This document shows positions 37,058-51,575 of a DNA stretch of 64,000 nt, one piece after another. The notes under the pieces are model-generated. The model saw nothing but the letters and a program-made list of their open reading frames with translations, was not told the DNA's origin and made no database searches. Source of the DNA: Macrostomum hystrix (lineage: Eukaryota > Animalia > Platyhelminthes). Position 1 is the first letter of the stretch, and every line of letters starts with the position of its first letter. The position numbers and the translations under genes were made by a program. The stretch is taken from positions 9,424,001-9,488,000 of the forward strand of contig CATNEN010000001.1 in assembly GCA_950097015.1 (NCBI GenBank), written 5' to 3'.

Positions 37058-37810
37058 AGAGAGACGTGTCTGGAGAGATGAGACACGGGAGAGATGAGAC
37101 ACTGAGAGAGATCAGACACGGTAGAGATGAGACACTGGGATAGATGAGACACATTGATATGAGACACTGAAAGAGATAAGACACGGTAGAGATGAGACAC
37201 TGGGATAGATGAGACACTGGGGGAGATGAGACACTGAAAGAGATAAGACACTGGGAGAGATAAGACACGGGAGGGATGAGACACTGGGATAGATGAGACA
37301 CTGGGGGAGATGAGACACTGAGAGAGATGAGACACGGTAGAGATGAGACACTGGGGGAGATGAGACACTGAGAGAGATGAGACACGGTAGAGATGAGACA
37401 CTGGGGGAGATGAGACACTGAGAGAGATGAGACACTGGGATAGATGAGACACATTGATATGAGACACTGAAAGAGATAAGACACTGGGAGAGATAAGACA
37501 CGGGAGGGATGAGACACGGTAGAGATGAGACACTGGGAGAGATGAGACACTGGGATAGATGAGACACGGGAGAGATGAGACACTGGGATAGATGAGACAC
37601 GGGAGAGATGAGACACTGGGATAGATGAGACACTGAGGGAGATGAGACACTGAGAGAGATGAGACACATGAGAGATAAGAAACAGGAGATATAAAATACA
37701 GTGGATACGAGACAGGGAAGATAAAAAACAGGAGAAATGCGACACAAAATAGAGATGAGATGCAGGACAGATAAGGAATGGGAGAGATAAGATACAGGAG
37801 AGATGAGACA
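37058..37810. repeat. GAGATGAGACAC-family minisatellite (~17-20 bp unit)
   Basis: Directly visible. Source of the spurious SVSHL/CLISP ORFs. Confidence 0.93.
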
Positions 37811-38754
37811 AGGGTTGGCTGGATGGATGAGTCTTATTGATAACGTACAGTAAAATTTTTCTGGGAGACAATACAATAGAGAAGCCAGCTAAGAGAGATG
37901 TTGAATAAAGACACTTGACTGGGTTAGGGAACATTGTGCTGGCTCCAGGTACTGATGCCAAGTCCTTCTTCTGTGTCGTGTTTTTTTTCTGCCGGAACTG
38001 TTAAAGCAAACACTGGAGTGCTATAGAGTGACATTCTATCTGCTGTTTTTTCCTATTTTTTCTTTCAAAAGCAGTGCTCTCCTTCCTGTACTAGTCCTCT
38101 TACTCATCAACATTCTGACAAAAATTAGTTGGCAAGAAATTAAAAAAATGGCAGCTTGGACCGACACTCCGACAGGAAAGAAAAGGTGTTAAAAGAAAAA
38201 ATTAGGAAGGCATTGGAGCTTGAGGGAGGGTACTGCAAAACTGGCGTTCAGCCAATCAGATCGTGCCTTCATTCTATTTGCTTGTAAAGACAAGAGGGGA
38301 CTTGGCCTAGCTCTGTTCCTCGACCCTCTTATAAACGTCTTCTCTAATAAACTTCTTCTACTACGCAAGAATTTGTCTGCGAGTTTTACGTCATATTTGG
38401 CTGTGTTGGCATTCTATATAAATAATTTCATTAATTAATACTGGAAGAAAGAAAAATTACTATTAACATTTTACTATTTACAGCTGTTGGCCTTTTTAAC
38501 ATTTGCTGTTCGTGTCAAGTTAAATAAGCAGCAGATCTGCATTGTATCTGCATTCTAGAGTCACTCAACGTCTGCTAACGTCGATTCGACCTATATAAGT
38601 CACAATTTCTGCTCCTTATTCATACATTGCGAACTTCTGCACTTCATATTCGATGAGTTGATTATGGTGAGAGTTTTTGCTACTTTTTATTCTTAATAAC
38701 TTCAGTAATTAGCTTGACTATTTAGTGATATGTGAAAAACATTTTACATAATAA

Positions 38755-40435
38755 AACTTTCTAGAAAATACTGTTTCTAGATTTCCTAGTTACAAGATAA
38801 TGTATTTTTAGATCTAGTTTCTAGATTTCATAGTTTCTAGATCTTGTTTCTAGACATTCTAGTTTCTAGATGTTCTAGTTTCTAGATCTTGTTTCTAGAC
38901 GTTCTAGTTTCTAGATGTTCTAGTTTCTAGATCTTGTTTCTAGACGTTCTAGTTTCTAGATGTTCTAGTTTCTAGATCTTTAGTTTCTAGATCTTCTAGT
39001 TTCTAGATCTTCTAGTTTCTAGATCTTCTAGTTTCTAGATCTTCTAGTTTCTAGATCCTACAGTTTCTAGATCCTACAGTTTCTAGATCTTCTTTTTTCT
39101 AGATCCTACAGTTTCTAGATCTTCTAGTTTCTAGATCTTCTAGTTTCTAGATCCTACAGTTTCTAGATCTTCTAGTTTCTAGATCTTCTAGTTTCTAGAT
39201 CTTCTAATTTCTAGATCCTACAGTTTCTAGATCTTGTTTCTAGACGTTCTAGTTTCTAGATGTTCTAGTTTCTAGATGTTCTAGTTTCTAGATATCTAGT
39301 TTCTAGATCTTTAGTTTCTAGATCTTTAGTTTCTAGATATTTTAGTTTCTAGATCCTACAGTTTCTAGATCTTATAGTTTCTAGATCTTCTAGTTTCTAG
39401 ATCTTCTAGTTTCTAGATCCTACAGTTTCTAGATCTTCTAGTTTCTAGATCTTCTAGTTTCTAGATCTTCTAATTTCTAGATCCTACAGTTTCTAGATCT
39501 TGTTTCTAGACGTTCTAGTTTCTAGATGTTCTAGTTTCTAGATGTTCTAATTTCTAGATGTCTAGTTTCTAGATCTTTAGTTTCTAGATCTTTAGTTTCT
39601 AGATATTTTAGTTTCTAGATCCTACAGTTTCTAGATCTTATAGTTTCTAGATCTTGTTTCTAGACGTTCTAGTTTCTAGATGTTCTAGTTTCTAGATCTT
39701 GTTTCTAGACGTTCTAGTTTCTAGATGTTCTAGTTTCTAGATCTTTAGTTTCTAGATCTTCTAGTTTCTAGATCTTCTAGTTTCTAGATCTTCTAGTTTC
39801 TAGATCTTCTAGTTTCTAGATCCTACAGTTTCTAGATCCTACAGTTTCTAGATCTTCTTTTTTCTAGATCCTACAGTTTCTAGATCTTCTAGTTTCTAGA
39901 TCTTCTAGTTTCTAGATCCTACAGTTTCTAGATCTTCTAGTTTCTAGATCTTCTAGTTTCTAGATCTTCTAATTTCTAGATCCTACAGTTTCTAGATCTT
40001 GTTTCTAGACGTTCTAGTTTCTAGATGTTCTAGTTTCTAGATGTTCTAGTTTCTAGATATCTAGTTTCTAGATCTTTAGTTTCTAGATCTTTAGTTTCTA
40101 GATATTTTAGTTTCTAGATCCTACAGTTTCTAGATCTTATAGTTTCTAGATCTTCTAGTTTCTAGATCTTCTAGTTTCTAGATCCTACAGTTTCTAGATC
40201 TTCTAGTTTCTAGATCTTCTAGTTTCTAGATCTTCTAATTTCTAGATCCTACAGTTTCTAGATCTTGTTTCTAGACGTTCTAGTTTCTAGATGTTCTAGT
40301 TTCTAGATGTTCTAATTTCTAGATGTCTAGTTTCTAGATCTTTAGTTTCTAGATCTTTAGTTTCTAGATATTTTAGTTTCTAGATCCTACAGTTTCTAGA
40401 TCTTATAGTTTCTAGATCTTCCAGTTTCTAGATCA
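38755..40435. repeat. Minisatellite, 16-bp unit TTCTAGTTTCTAGATC with a 765-bp higher-order duplication
   Basis: Directly visible. Variant markers at 39086/39851 and 39291/40056. Confidence 0.97.
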
Positions 40436-41151
40436 TAAATTAGATCATATATTCAAGATTATGTGTGACATAAGTTAAATTTAAAAGTTTAAAAATCTTT
40501 AATAAATACCGAATAGCATTTTACATTCTGCATTCGTAGTTTAGGTGGGACTTCAAAAGGGGGCCTGGGGATTTGGCATGCGGATTTTTAAGAGGCGTAA
40601 GGTTTCCCGCCTGAAGGCTAAACTTCAGATGAAGGGTATCGATAGGTGCTGAAAATATGTATATGTAAGCATTTCGCTTGGCCTAACACTAGAAAATATA
40701 TGACGATGGCTTTGTTCTCATGCAAAACAGCCTTAGCAGTGTAGGGATCTGCAGAGACTTGACCGTCTTTCTCTCTCCCCTCTGCTACATATTTCTGGCG
40801 AACACGCTGTCAACACTAGATATAACTTGATTGTCAGTACCAGTTGGGATCTTTTAATCTCGCCGAGAAACCCTTAACATATCCGTGCTCTCCTCTCCGC
40901 AGATATGTCTTTCTTCCAATTCTTTGTGTCAGTTGCAGGCAAAAGCGGTCGGCTTGCGCAATATTTCTTGTAGTCATAGTCATAGATCGAAGACTATTGA
41001 TAACACCCAGGTTGGGGAAGTGGGCTGATTTTGAAAAGAGGAGGATGGCTTAGAGCGATAAGATTTTAGGATTTTAAGGAAGGCGTTAGATTTGATACTA
41101 TTTAACCGAAAATCGTGCTAGAAATTTTAATTTTCTGGGATCTTTTTGTAA

Positions 41152-41350
41152 GGTGTGAGTGGCAGAGAGGTCTAACTGAGGTCCCTGAGCACGATTCCGC
41201 GGCGAGGCCACATTCATCTCGAAGTCCTAGCGATAGATGTACTCACATGTGTGAGTATGTGCTCAGGAGTCAGCGAAATGGGCAGAATTGCCTCCTCGCC
41301 GTCTGCGGGTCTAGTGTCACCAAGTGACGTTCTAGTGCTCGCAGCCCTCC
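41152..41350 (+). mobile_element. SINE family A copy with internal deletion
   Basis: GAGTGGCAGAGAGG...GGTCCCTGAGCACGATTCCGCGGCGAGGCCACATTCAT...GCTCAGGAGTCAGCGAAATGGGCAGAATTGCCTCCTCG...GGGTCTAGTGTCACCAA. Confidence 0.82.
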
Positions 41351-42857
41351 CGCAATTATGATTGTTAGTATTAAGGTCATTTTGTGAAATCGCTCTTGTT
41401 TGAACTTTGCCGACAAGGTCTGTATGTTTAACTTGTCGGGTGTGTTATATTTTTCCTCTAAATATGTCGTGGGAACTTTTCTCAAAAGTAGAGTTTAATT
41501 TATATTTATTCTCATTTCGGCGCCAGTGTCGCCCAAAAGCAAACAAAATATTTAGTCTTTTGATGACTTTCGACTGCATCGAGGGTGCTTCCGTCCCAAC
41601 TTGGTGTGTTCTATGTTTGCTTAACTTGATCCAATTTGACAGCCAGCAGTTTAAATTCTTTATTCTGTATTTCAATTCTTTCTTTATAATTGAAGAATGA
41701 ATGAAGCACTAGAAGGAAGGGAAGGTAAAATTTTTTCTTGCCGCAGGATTGCTTTCTGTGTACAGTTAGTTGACAATCGCATAGTCGCTGGGTTGCAGCC
41801 GTGTCTCTCTCTGTCTCTCTGTTTATGACTTGGCTTAGTTTTTGTCTAAATAATCCCTTTTTGCGAGCTCTGCATGTCCCGATTGCCTGATTCTAGTCTA
41901 GGAGAGAGGACATGCCAGACATTGTGACCTGTGGCGTTTCCTCATCCCCGCTGCTGCCAGCTTAGCACATTCTTGAACAAACAAGAACCTAGCCTAGTCT
42001 TGGAAAATGATTTCGCCTTTCGCTAGAGGTCTTGGGTATACAAGAACAAGGAACTACTCGTAGAACAATTTCTCTAAACTTGTCACAGCATATCGAAATT
42101 CTATTATATATATATAGCTGACGTCTACAATAAGTCCTGGTTTCTAATACTGGTAGCAAATATCCTAATAAAGGGCTATACTAGTTTATTCCAACCAACC
42201 ACATTGGCCCCCCGCAACATCGCACCCAATTCGTCATTTTCCTTTTTCTAAAGCTAAAGCATTTAGCCGAAGTCTAATAAAATAAGTCTTACGTTTTTTA
42301 AGTATCAGAGTTGGCCAGCTTCAAGGAGAAAAATTGTGTTTTATTAGTATATGTGTATATATAAATTCCAGTGTATAGGTGCTGCTGACAGCAATGTTAC
42401 TAAGAGCAAAAATGTGACTTAAATGTCAGACTATAACTTTTGCCTCTCGTACTGTGTTTGGTATGTCGTTAAGCTATCTGCGTAGAAAGTGTTTAGTTTT
42501 GGCCCACGCCTGACCTAAATTACTATGGCACCAAATTTTACGTCTACTTTATAGCGACTCATTTTAGGCTGGAAAAGTTTAATTTTTAAGCGAATAGGCT
42601 TTATAGAAGATTGCCTTCTTTCAGAGTTGACGATACTAATCAGCGATTCCAAAAGAATCGACTATTTTTTAACAAGGACATGAGATTCTCAGAAATATGT
42701 TGACTCTTCAGATAGTGACCAACTTTAGAGATCGGCTATTCGTTAATAGATATACTGATCAAAGAAATATACTCGTACTATTCTATTGAAAGATCTGCGA
42801 TTAAGTAGTCGGTGACTGTTCAGAAACCGATGAATCATCCTAAAAATTGCGTTTTTA

Positions 42858-43650
42858 TCGCCGATTCTTTAGAAATCGACGATTATTTAAACCTAGACGA
42901 TTCTTCAGAAATCGACGATTCTTCAACCTAGACGATTCTTAGAAGCCGACGATTCTTCAGAAATCGACGATTATTTAAACCTAGACGATTCTTAGAAGCC
43001 GACGATTCTTCAGAAATCGACGATTATTTAAACCTAGACGATTCTTAGAAGCCGACGATTCTTCAGAAATCGACGATTATTTAAACCTAGACGATTCTTA
43101 GAAGCCGACGATTCTTCAGAAATCGACGATTATTTAAACCTAGACGATTCTTAGAAGCAGACGATTCTTTAGAAATCGACAATTATTTAAACCTAGACGA
43201 TTCTGCAGAAATCGACGATTCTTCAGAAATCGACGATTATTAAAACCTAGACGATTCTACAGAAATCGACGATTCTTCAGAAATCGACGATTCTTCAGAA
43301 ATCGACGATTATTTATACCTAGACGATTCTAAGAAGCAGACGATTCTTCAGAAATCGACGATTATTTAAACCTAGACGATTCTTAGAAGCAGACGATTCT
43401 TCAGAAATCGACGATTCTTTAAACCTAGACGATTCTTAGAAGCCGACGATTCTAAAGAAATCGACGATTATTTATACCTAGACGATTCTTAGAAGCAGAC
43501 GATTCTATAGAAATCGACGATTCTTTAAACCTAGACGATTCTTAGAAGCCGACGATTCTAAAGAAATAGACGATTCTTTAAACCTAGACGATTCTTAGAA
43601 GCAGACGATTCTTCTGAAATCGAGGAATCTTTGGAAATCGGCGATTCCAA
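42858..43650. repeat. Minisatellite, 53-bp unit made of three GACGATT(C/A)TT subunits
   Basis: AAATCGACGATTATTTAAACCTAGACGATTCTTAGAAGCCGACGATTCTTCAG repeated. Confidence 0.93.
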
Positions 43651-44591
43651 AATGCAAAAATTCGTCATGCTTTGGCGTCATGCATCAATTTAATATATAA
43701 TTAGTGTTCTCCCGTTTCTTTTAGATTACATAAGTGAGTTACCTATGCTATTTTCACAATACCGAAATCGATGTCTAAATTGCGCAAATAAAAAAACTAC
43801 ATTTTAGGCATTACTCAGTAAATGAATTGTCGTACTCCTAAGTGTCAGTAAGCTCCAAGGTAAAATGAATGCAATGCACAGAATCCTGAAATCACTGACG
43901 CATAGGTAAAGATTTATTACAGAGATCGTCCCAGAATTTGGCACGAATTCGGGCCCTAATTTAGATTGTAGCAATGGATATTGCATTAGTAAGTAGCGAA
44001 TATTTCTTTTGTTTTTTCTCTGTGGCCTAAATTTTAGTCACTTCCTTCCTCTTCGCGAGTACATTATTACGCACAGGAAATCCCTTATATATATACCTTA
44101 TTAGTAATTTTTTGTGCATATATTATTCAACAAGGCGCGCATTCTTTTGACAGCTGAAGTGTGACAATTCATATTGCATACAATAATGTCGCTTGCTGAT
44201 TATAACCGTTTGACTTCTTAAACACTTACTGCAAAAGTAACCAACAGCCCAAAGAAATTCAATATGCATGTATATAAATATTTCTAATTGTAAAGCTTTG
44301 GGTTGCGAGTGCAAATTTGCAATTTTGCCTTCTTCCTTTACTTGCCTTGCTGGTCTTGGCTTCTCATTTCCTTTAGGGCTTAGATTTCTTCATAAAGAAA
44401 TAAGAACTCTTCGATTGGCAATTAGAAATATTGAGTTTCTCATTTGACTAGGTGACAAGGGGTCAAAGTTGGTTTCCTGGATTCCTAGTGCAAAGTCGGT
44501 TACGTTTTTTGCCGTGCTAAAATAATTATTCATAAATAAATTGAATTGACGTTAAGGCGTTGATTTAGCTAGTAATCTAGCATTTTTTACT

Positions 44592-45716
44592 ATCAGTTGA
44601 TGTATTGTCAGTAGATATGTCAGTAGATGTGTCAGTAGATGTGTCAACAGTCAGTTGTATTGTCAGTAGATATGTCAGTAGATGTGTCAGTAGATGTGTC
44701 AGTAGATTTGTCAGTAGATGTGTCAGTAGATGTGTCAGTAGATGTGTCAGTAGATGTGTCAGTAGATATGTCAGTAGATGTGTCAGTAGATGTGTCAGTA
44801 GATTTGTCAGTAGATGTGTCAGTAGATATGTCAGTAGATGTGTCAGTTGGATTGTCAGTAGATGTGTTAGTTGGATTGTCAGTAGATGTGTCAGTTGGAT
44901 TGTCAGTAGATGTGTCAGTTGGATTGTCAGTAGATATGTCAGTAGATATGTCAGTAGATGTGTTAGTTGGATTGTCAGTAGATGTGTCAGTTGGATTATC
45001 AGTAGATGTGTCAGTTGGATTGTCAGTAGATGTGTCAGTTGGATTGTCAGTAGATATGTCAGTAGATATGTCAGTTGGATTGTCAGTAGATGTGTCAGTT
45101 GGATTGTCAGTAGATGTGTCAGTTGGATTGTCAGTAGATATGTCAGTAGATATGTCAGTAGATGTGTCAGTTGGATTGTCAGTAGATGTGTCAGTAGATG
45201 TGTCAGTTGGATTGTCAGTAGATGTGTCAGTAGATGTGTCAGTTGGATTGTCAGTAGATGTGTCAGTTGGATTGTCAGTAGATGTGTCAGTTGGATTGTC
45301 AGTAGATGTGTCAGTTGGATTGTCAGTAGATGTGTCAGTTGGATTGTCAGTAGATATGTCAGTTGGATTGTCAGTAGATGTGTCAGTAGGATTGTCAGTA
45401 GATGTGTCAGTTGGATTGTCAGTAGATATGTCAGTAGATATGTCAGTAGATGTGTCAGTTGGATAGTCAGTAGATGTGTCAGTAGATGTGTCAGTTGGAT
45501 TGTCAGTAGATGTGTCAGTTGTATTGTCAGTAGATGTGTCAGTTGGATTGTCAGTAGATGTGTCAGTTGGATTGTCAGTAGATGTGTCAGTTGGATTGTC
45601 AGTAGATGTGTCAGTTGGATTGTCAGTAGATGTGTCAGTTGGATTGTCAGTAGATGTGTCAGTTGGATTGTCAGTAGATGTGTCAGTTGGATAGTCAGTA
45701 GATGTGTCAGTTGTAT
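44592..45716. repeat. Minisatellite, 12-bp units GTCAGTAGATGT / GTCAGTTGGATT
   Basis: Directly visible. Confidence 0.96.
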
Positions 45717-46424
45717 CTATCGATGCTAACCCCTTGTTAGTCAATCAGTGAATTAGTACCTTATATGTAAATCAATCTTCAGTTACCATAGTTACCATAT
45801 AAATTGTCAATGGTTTACTGTACTGATTTTGTTGTTATATCTTATGTTTAGGGTTGTGGCATCCGTTAAATTTAGTCTTATAAAACATACAAACAAGATT
45901 TTCATTTTTAGTATATAAAGAAGAAGATATATCATCGAATTTCAAGTCACACTAAACAACTGTATTCCCTTGATTGGGTTTATATTTATTTTATTACATA
46001 TATATTATATTATGGAAGATTCCAGTTCTAGTCCTGTCACATAAAGCAGTCCAGCTCGTTATCTAGACTCCGCCCCAAATAGCTTATTATTATTTTACTT
46101 AATAGATGCTTCTCATTGTGTATATTTATTGTGTTAAATTATGACGCAATACAGTGACTAAACAGATGCTGAATAGCTAGTTAGATGATACGAAAATTGC
46201 TATAAAATGCGCGCCGTGCTTATTATCAACTGTTGCGCAATTCAAAACATTCTAAACTATTATTGTATCTGCCACCTTAGCAGCTTGTTTGTAATCTCAG
46301 ACGCCATCTGAGACTGTGCATTTCTAGTGACAATGTGCTTCAAATCTTTGACAGCTTCAAATGTAGTTTCGCTTATGCTAGTATTATTTAGATACGAATT
46401 ATACTTGATACTTTGCCTTGCGTA

Positions 46425-47125
46425 CTGAAACAGACACAGACAGACAGACACCCAGGACAGACAGACTGATAGATAGAAACGCAGGACAGACAGACAGTCA
46501 GACACCCAGGACAGACAGACATTCACCCAGGATAGATAAACAGAAAGACACCCAGGACAGACAGACACGCCTGATAGATAAACAGAAAGACACCCAGGAC
46601 AGACAGACAGGCAGGCAGGACAGACAGACAGTCAGACACCCAGGACAGATAGACAGACACCCTGGACAGATAGACAGACACGCAGGACAAACAGACACCC
46701 AGAACAGACAGACAGGCAGACACCCAAGACAGATAGACAGACACCCTGGACAGATAGACAGACACGCAGAACAAACAGACACCCAGGACAGACAGACAGG
46801 CAGACACCCAGGACAGATAGACAGACCCTGGACAGACAGACAGACACCCAGGACAGACAGACAGACACCCAGGAGAGACAGACAGAAACCCAGGACAGAC
46901 AGACAGACAGACACGCGGGATAGATAAACAGACAGACACCCAGGACAGATAGACAGACACCCAGGACAGATAGACAGACACGCAGGACAGACAGGCAGAC
47001 ACCCAGGACAGACAGACACCAGGGACAGACAGACAGACACCAGGGACAGACAGGCAGACACCCAGGACAGATAGACAGACACCCTGGACAGACAGACAGG
47101 CACCCAGGACAGACAGACAGACTGG
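46425..47125. repeat. GACA-rich minisatellite (CACCCAGGACAGACAGACAGA-type unit)
   Basis: Directly visible. Confidence 0.93.
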
Positions 47126-48756
47126 TCTAAGATCGATGGCAATAGAAGGATGTTTCGTAGGTTGGTGTGGCAATTTTCTTTCAAAGCGATGATGTCATCC
47201 GTTTCCCAATTCCAATTTTCTTCCCTGCAGATGTTTCACAGGGGTTTGGCTCTAATTACCAGATTTTGCAAGACCTGGGAAGCTGGGGGGGCGGTATCTG
47301 ACTGCCAACCGACCTTACCTACCAACCCTTATCCCGTGACATCTGTGTCTTCTGTAGCCTGTATCTAAGTGAGTGTTTGTGTATATATATCCTTCACACT
47401 CTGATTATGCAACACCTATGCTTTAGTTCCTTAGGATTTCAAAAAGGGGATACCCTGCTGGTGTGGAATGCTATTTTGAAGTTCTTAGGTTTTTGTGTTA
47501 TAATAAGTAATGCTATTCTTCATTATTTTCTCCCTGTCTGATCGTGTGCAACCAAGCGATAATTTTTTTTGAAAATCTGCTTTAAATCGTGAGAGAAATT
47601 TTGAAAGGAGATCAGAAAGACAAAGTGTGTAATATGTAGTCTAGTTTAGCTATACTTATTAGGCATAATTGATTATTTCGTTGGTTTCCTAGTCCTTTTA
47701 GAAGAGATATATTGGCCACTAAATTTACGAAGAATTTCTGTGGCCATAAGTCTGCAATAGATTGTTTTTATTATTAGTAAGAGGGCATTAGGATTCTTGG
47801 TCTGACTTTTAACAGAGCCTCATCTAGGCCTCAAATCTAAATCTAAGATCCTGTCTCTCTTCATTGCGCTTGCCTGTTTTATCCCAATTATCTTTTTCGT
47901 CCTAGTCTTAAAGCTGGCGGACATCTGTCCTACTAATTCCCCTCCATAAACTAGGTACTATCAAAGATTAAGGCAGGATTAGTATAAATCTTGTCTAGAC
48001 TAGCATTGGGCATTTTCTGTGCCTGATTTCACCTTCTTAATCTACATTTTACGATTTTTCATATCGAGTGAAAAAATCGAAAAAATAAAATGCTCTTTGT
48101 TGTAACTAAGACTTATAGCGCCTCAGATGAATATATATGCAGAAAAGAAAAATTATTTATTGAATCTTTGTTTCAGAATTAGAATAATCTATATAGGGCC
48201 AGCTGTTATAGAATTTCTCACAAATATCACCAATCAAGCGATTGAATGCCGTTATTTAAGCACCCTCTCTCAGACCCATCTATCCTCCACCATCAGCCTG
48301 CTTTAGTTATATAAAGCCCCTTTAAGCCCTATGGCTATGATAATTCGTGCCCTAAGCGCTCATATAGGAGCTTAACAATTATAATCCTGTCTCCCATCCT
48401 ACTGTAATAGACCAAGCGTAACCCATTAGTTTAATGTTTGACGCTGCATGCATTTAATAAGAAGATTGGGCTAGTTATTAGTTCAATTATTCATCCCTAC
48501 TAAGTCATCCACATATTTTATCTTTGCTTACTATCTATCTCCACTATTCTTGCTATCATTTTGCCATCTTGAATATTTGATTTTCGCGACCTGTCTTGGA
48601 GATGTCGAATGATCTGTCTGTCTGATGCGTGTTAATCACTTATTTAACTCGTCATTCTATTTAAATGATGAATTACCCTCTTCTATCTAAGATCTACTAG
48701 GGCTGTGTTTTTTAAGAAGTTTTTTGTACTTATTTGTTTTCACATAATTAATTTTT

Positions 48757-49150
48757 CTGTCTCATTTCCCGTCTCATCTCCCCTGTCTCATCTCTCCCGT
48801 CTCATCCCTCCCCTGTCTCATCCCTCCCCTGCCTCATCTCTCCCGTCTCATCCCTCCCCTGTCTCATCTCTCCCGTCTCATCCCTCCCCTGTCTCATCTC
48901 TCCCCTGTCTCATCTCTCCCGTCTCATCCCTCCCCTGTCTCATCTCTCCCCTGTCTCATCTCCCCTGTCTCATCTCCCCCGTCTCATCCCTCCCCTGTCT
49001 CATCTCTCCAGTCTCATCTCTCCCCTGTCTCATCTCTCACCTGTCTCATCTCTCCCCTGTCTCATCTCCCCCGTCTCATCCCTCCCCTGTCTCATCTCTC
49101 CCCTGTCTCATCTCTCACATGTCTCATCTCTCCAGTCTCATCTCTCCCTT
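48757..49150. repeat. GAGATGAGAC-family minisatellite, reverse orientation (TGTCTCATCTCTCCC)
   Basis: Directly visible. Confidence 0.92.
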
Positions 49151-50454
49151 TGTCTTACGTCTTTCCTTTTTATCTCTCTATGTGAACGTTTTTCCTTTTT
49201 ATCTCCCTATGTGAACTTTCCGCATTTTCAAAGTAGCTCGATTAGATTATATCATAATGAAATTCAACATTTTCAATCCAAACTAGTAGCAATTTTTCGC
49301 GACTTTTAAAATCTATTGTCGTCGTTCAAACGTGATTGGTGACAGGTATGGATTATGTAATCATAGATTGCATGTATATGAAATAGTATTTGCAATGATA
49401 AATTGTTGTGCGCGGTCAGCCAAGTGTGAGGTCAGTCCAATATTAGGCTTTATTCTTCGTGGTAGAACAAAGCAGAATAAAAGAAATACACACACATTCA
49501 CACACGGTTGAATGAACCTGCGTAGGCCCTATAAATTCGTCTATTCATCTAGGACTAGGTAGAAAAGGGTGTTATTATGCTTATAAATATTATATATATA
49601 TATTTGTGTGTGTGCGTTAATCACCTTTCCTATCTTAGTATTTATCCGGGCGGCAGGTGGTCCTTCGTCATTTGATCTCTCCCCTCAAAGCAGACTGCTT
49701 TGGAATTGACAAAGCAGTCAAAAAGAATTAGGCCCTGTAGAAGCCAAATAACTTAAACAAAATCATGCTTTGGTCGATGCTAGAAAACTAAGTGCAGAGC
49801 TGTCAAATTTTACAGCGACAACTGATCACGTGATATTTCTGTCGATTGAAAAAAAAACATTAAAAAACTCTAGATAGAAGACGCTATAAAAAAGTATAGA
49901 AATCTTCTCTTTCTTTGTTAGTTCAGTGGCTTTAATTCTGTCAAATCATTGGCGGCTTTGTCAAAATTGATCATGTGGGCCACTTATAATTTGTTGATTT
50001 TAGTTGTCAAAAATGGAGCCAGCATTGTCTGCTGCAGCAGCATTAATTAACTGCCAAACACGGTTAATCTGGGTCATAAAAATTCTATCTTTTATAATAA
50101 GATTACTTTTTATTGTTATTAGCTTCTCAAGCTGCAGGTCGGTGCAGGTCACACTGCTCAGCGGGAATTTTAATGCCAGACAATTGCCAGGGGTCGTTAT
50201 AAAAAATGATCAGAGAATTTGACATTAAGTGAGTATGTAGGGAATGCTGGTATGATGTAAAAAACTGGAAAGCAAGCAATAGCTTTGGCACTGGTAATTG
50301 GATAGATAAGGGTAGATGGTAGTAGGTTAATGAGTTATGGCCCATGTTAGCTTCTGAGGTAGACACCTTTTACGATAGGGACACGCGTAGAGTAATAGAG
50401 AAAGAGAGTTAAAATGTTCGGGGAAATCTGTAAAATAAATACGGAAATAAGCAG

Positions 50455-51575
50455 GAAGAGAAGTAGGCTAATGGGAAGAGAAGTAGAGTCATGGGAAGAG
50501 AAGTAGAGTCATGGGAAGAGAAGTGGAGTGATGGGTAGAGAAGTAGAGTGATGGGAAGATAAGTGGAGTGATGGGAAGAGAAGTAGAGTGATGGGAAGAG
50601 AAGTAGAGTGATGGGAAGAGAAGTAGAGTCATGGGAGGAGAAGTGGAGTGATGGGTAGAGAAGTAGAGTGATGGGAAGATAAGTGGAGTGATGGGAAGAG
50701 AAGTAGAGTCATGGGAAGAGAAGTAGAGTCATGGGAAGAGAAGTAGAGTGATGGGAAGATAAGTGGAGTGATGGGAAGATAAGTGGAGTGATGGGAAGAT
50801 AAGTGGAGTGATGGGAAGTTAAGTGGAGTGATGGGAAGTTAAGTGGAGTGATGGGAAGAGAAGTGGAGTGATGGGAAGAGAAGTGGAGTGATGGGAAGAT
50901 AAGTGGAGTGATGGGAAGATAAGTGGAGTGATAGGAAGAGAAGTGGAGTGATGGGAAGAGAAGTGGAGTGATGGGAAGATAAGTGGAGTGATGGGAAGAT
51001 AAATGGAGTGATGGGAAGATAAGTAGAGTGATGGGAAGAGAAGTAGAGTGATGGGAAGAGAAGTAGAGTGATGGGAAGAGAAGTAGAGTGATGGGAAGAG
51101 AAGTGGAGTCATGGGAGGAGAAGTGGAGTGATAGGAAGAAAATAGTGATGGGAAGAGAAAAAGAGTGATGGGAAGAGAAGTGGAGTGATGGGAAGAGAAG
51201 TAGAGTCATGGGAGGAGAAGTGGAGTGATAGGAAGAAAATAGTGATGGGAAGAGAAAAAGAGTGATGGGAAGAGAAGTGGAGTGATGGGAAGAGAAGTAG
51301 AGTCATGGGAGGAGAAGTGGAGTGATAGGAAGAAAATAGTGATGGGAAGAGAAAAAGAGTGATGGGAAGAGAAGTGGAGTGATGGGAAGAGAAAAAGAGT
51401 GATGGGAAGATAAGTGGAGTGATGGGAAGATAAGTGGAGTGATGGGAAGATAAGTGGAGTGATGGGAAGATAAGTAGAGTGATGGGAAGAGAAGTGGAGT
51501 GATGGGAAGAGAAGTAGAGTGATGGGAAGAGAAGTAGAGTGATGGGAAGAGAAGTAGAGTGATGGGAAGAGAAGT
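50455..51575. repeat. Purine-rich minisatellite, 20-bp unit GAGTGATGGGAAGAGAAGT(A/G), with 97-bp higher-order repeats near 51106-51400
   Basis: Directly visible. ORF ends at 51109/51206/51303 are spaced 97 bp apart. Confidence 0.96.

Noticed and set aside
38755-40435. TTCTAGA array as a giant heat-shock element
   Set aside because: Units read TTCtaGAt/TTCtaGTt and do not give three in-register nGAAn pentamers, unlike 31099-31226.
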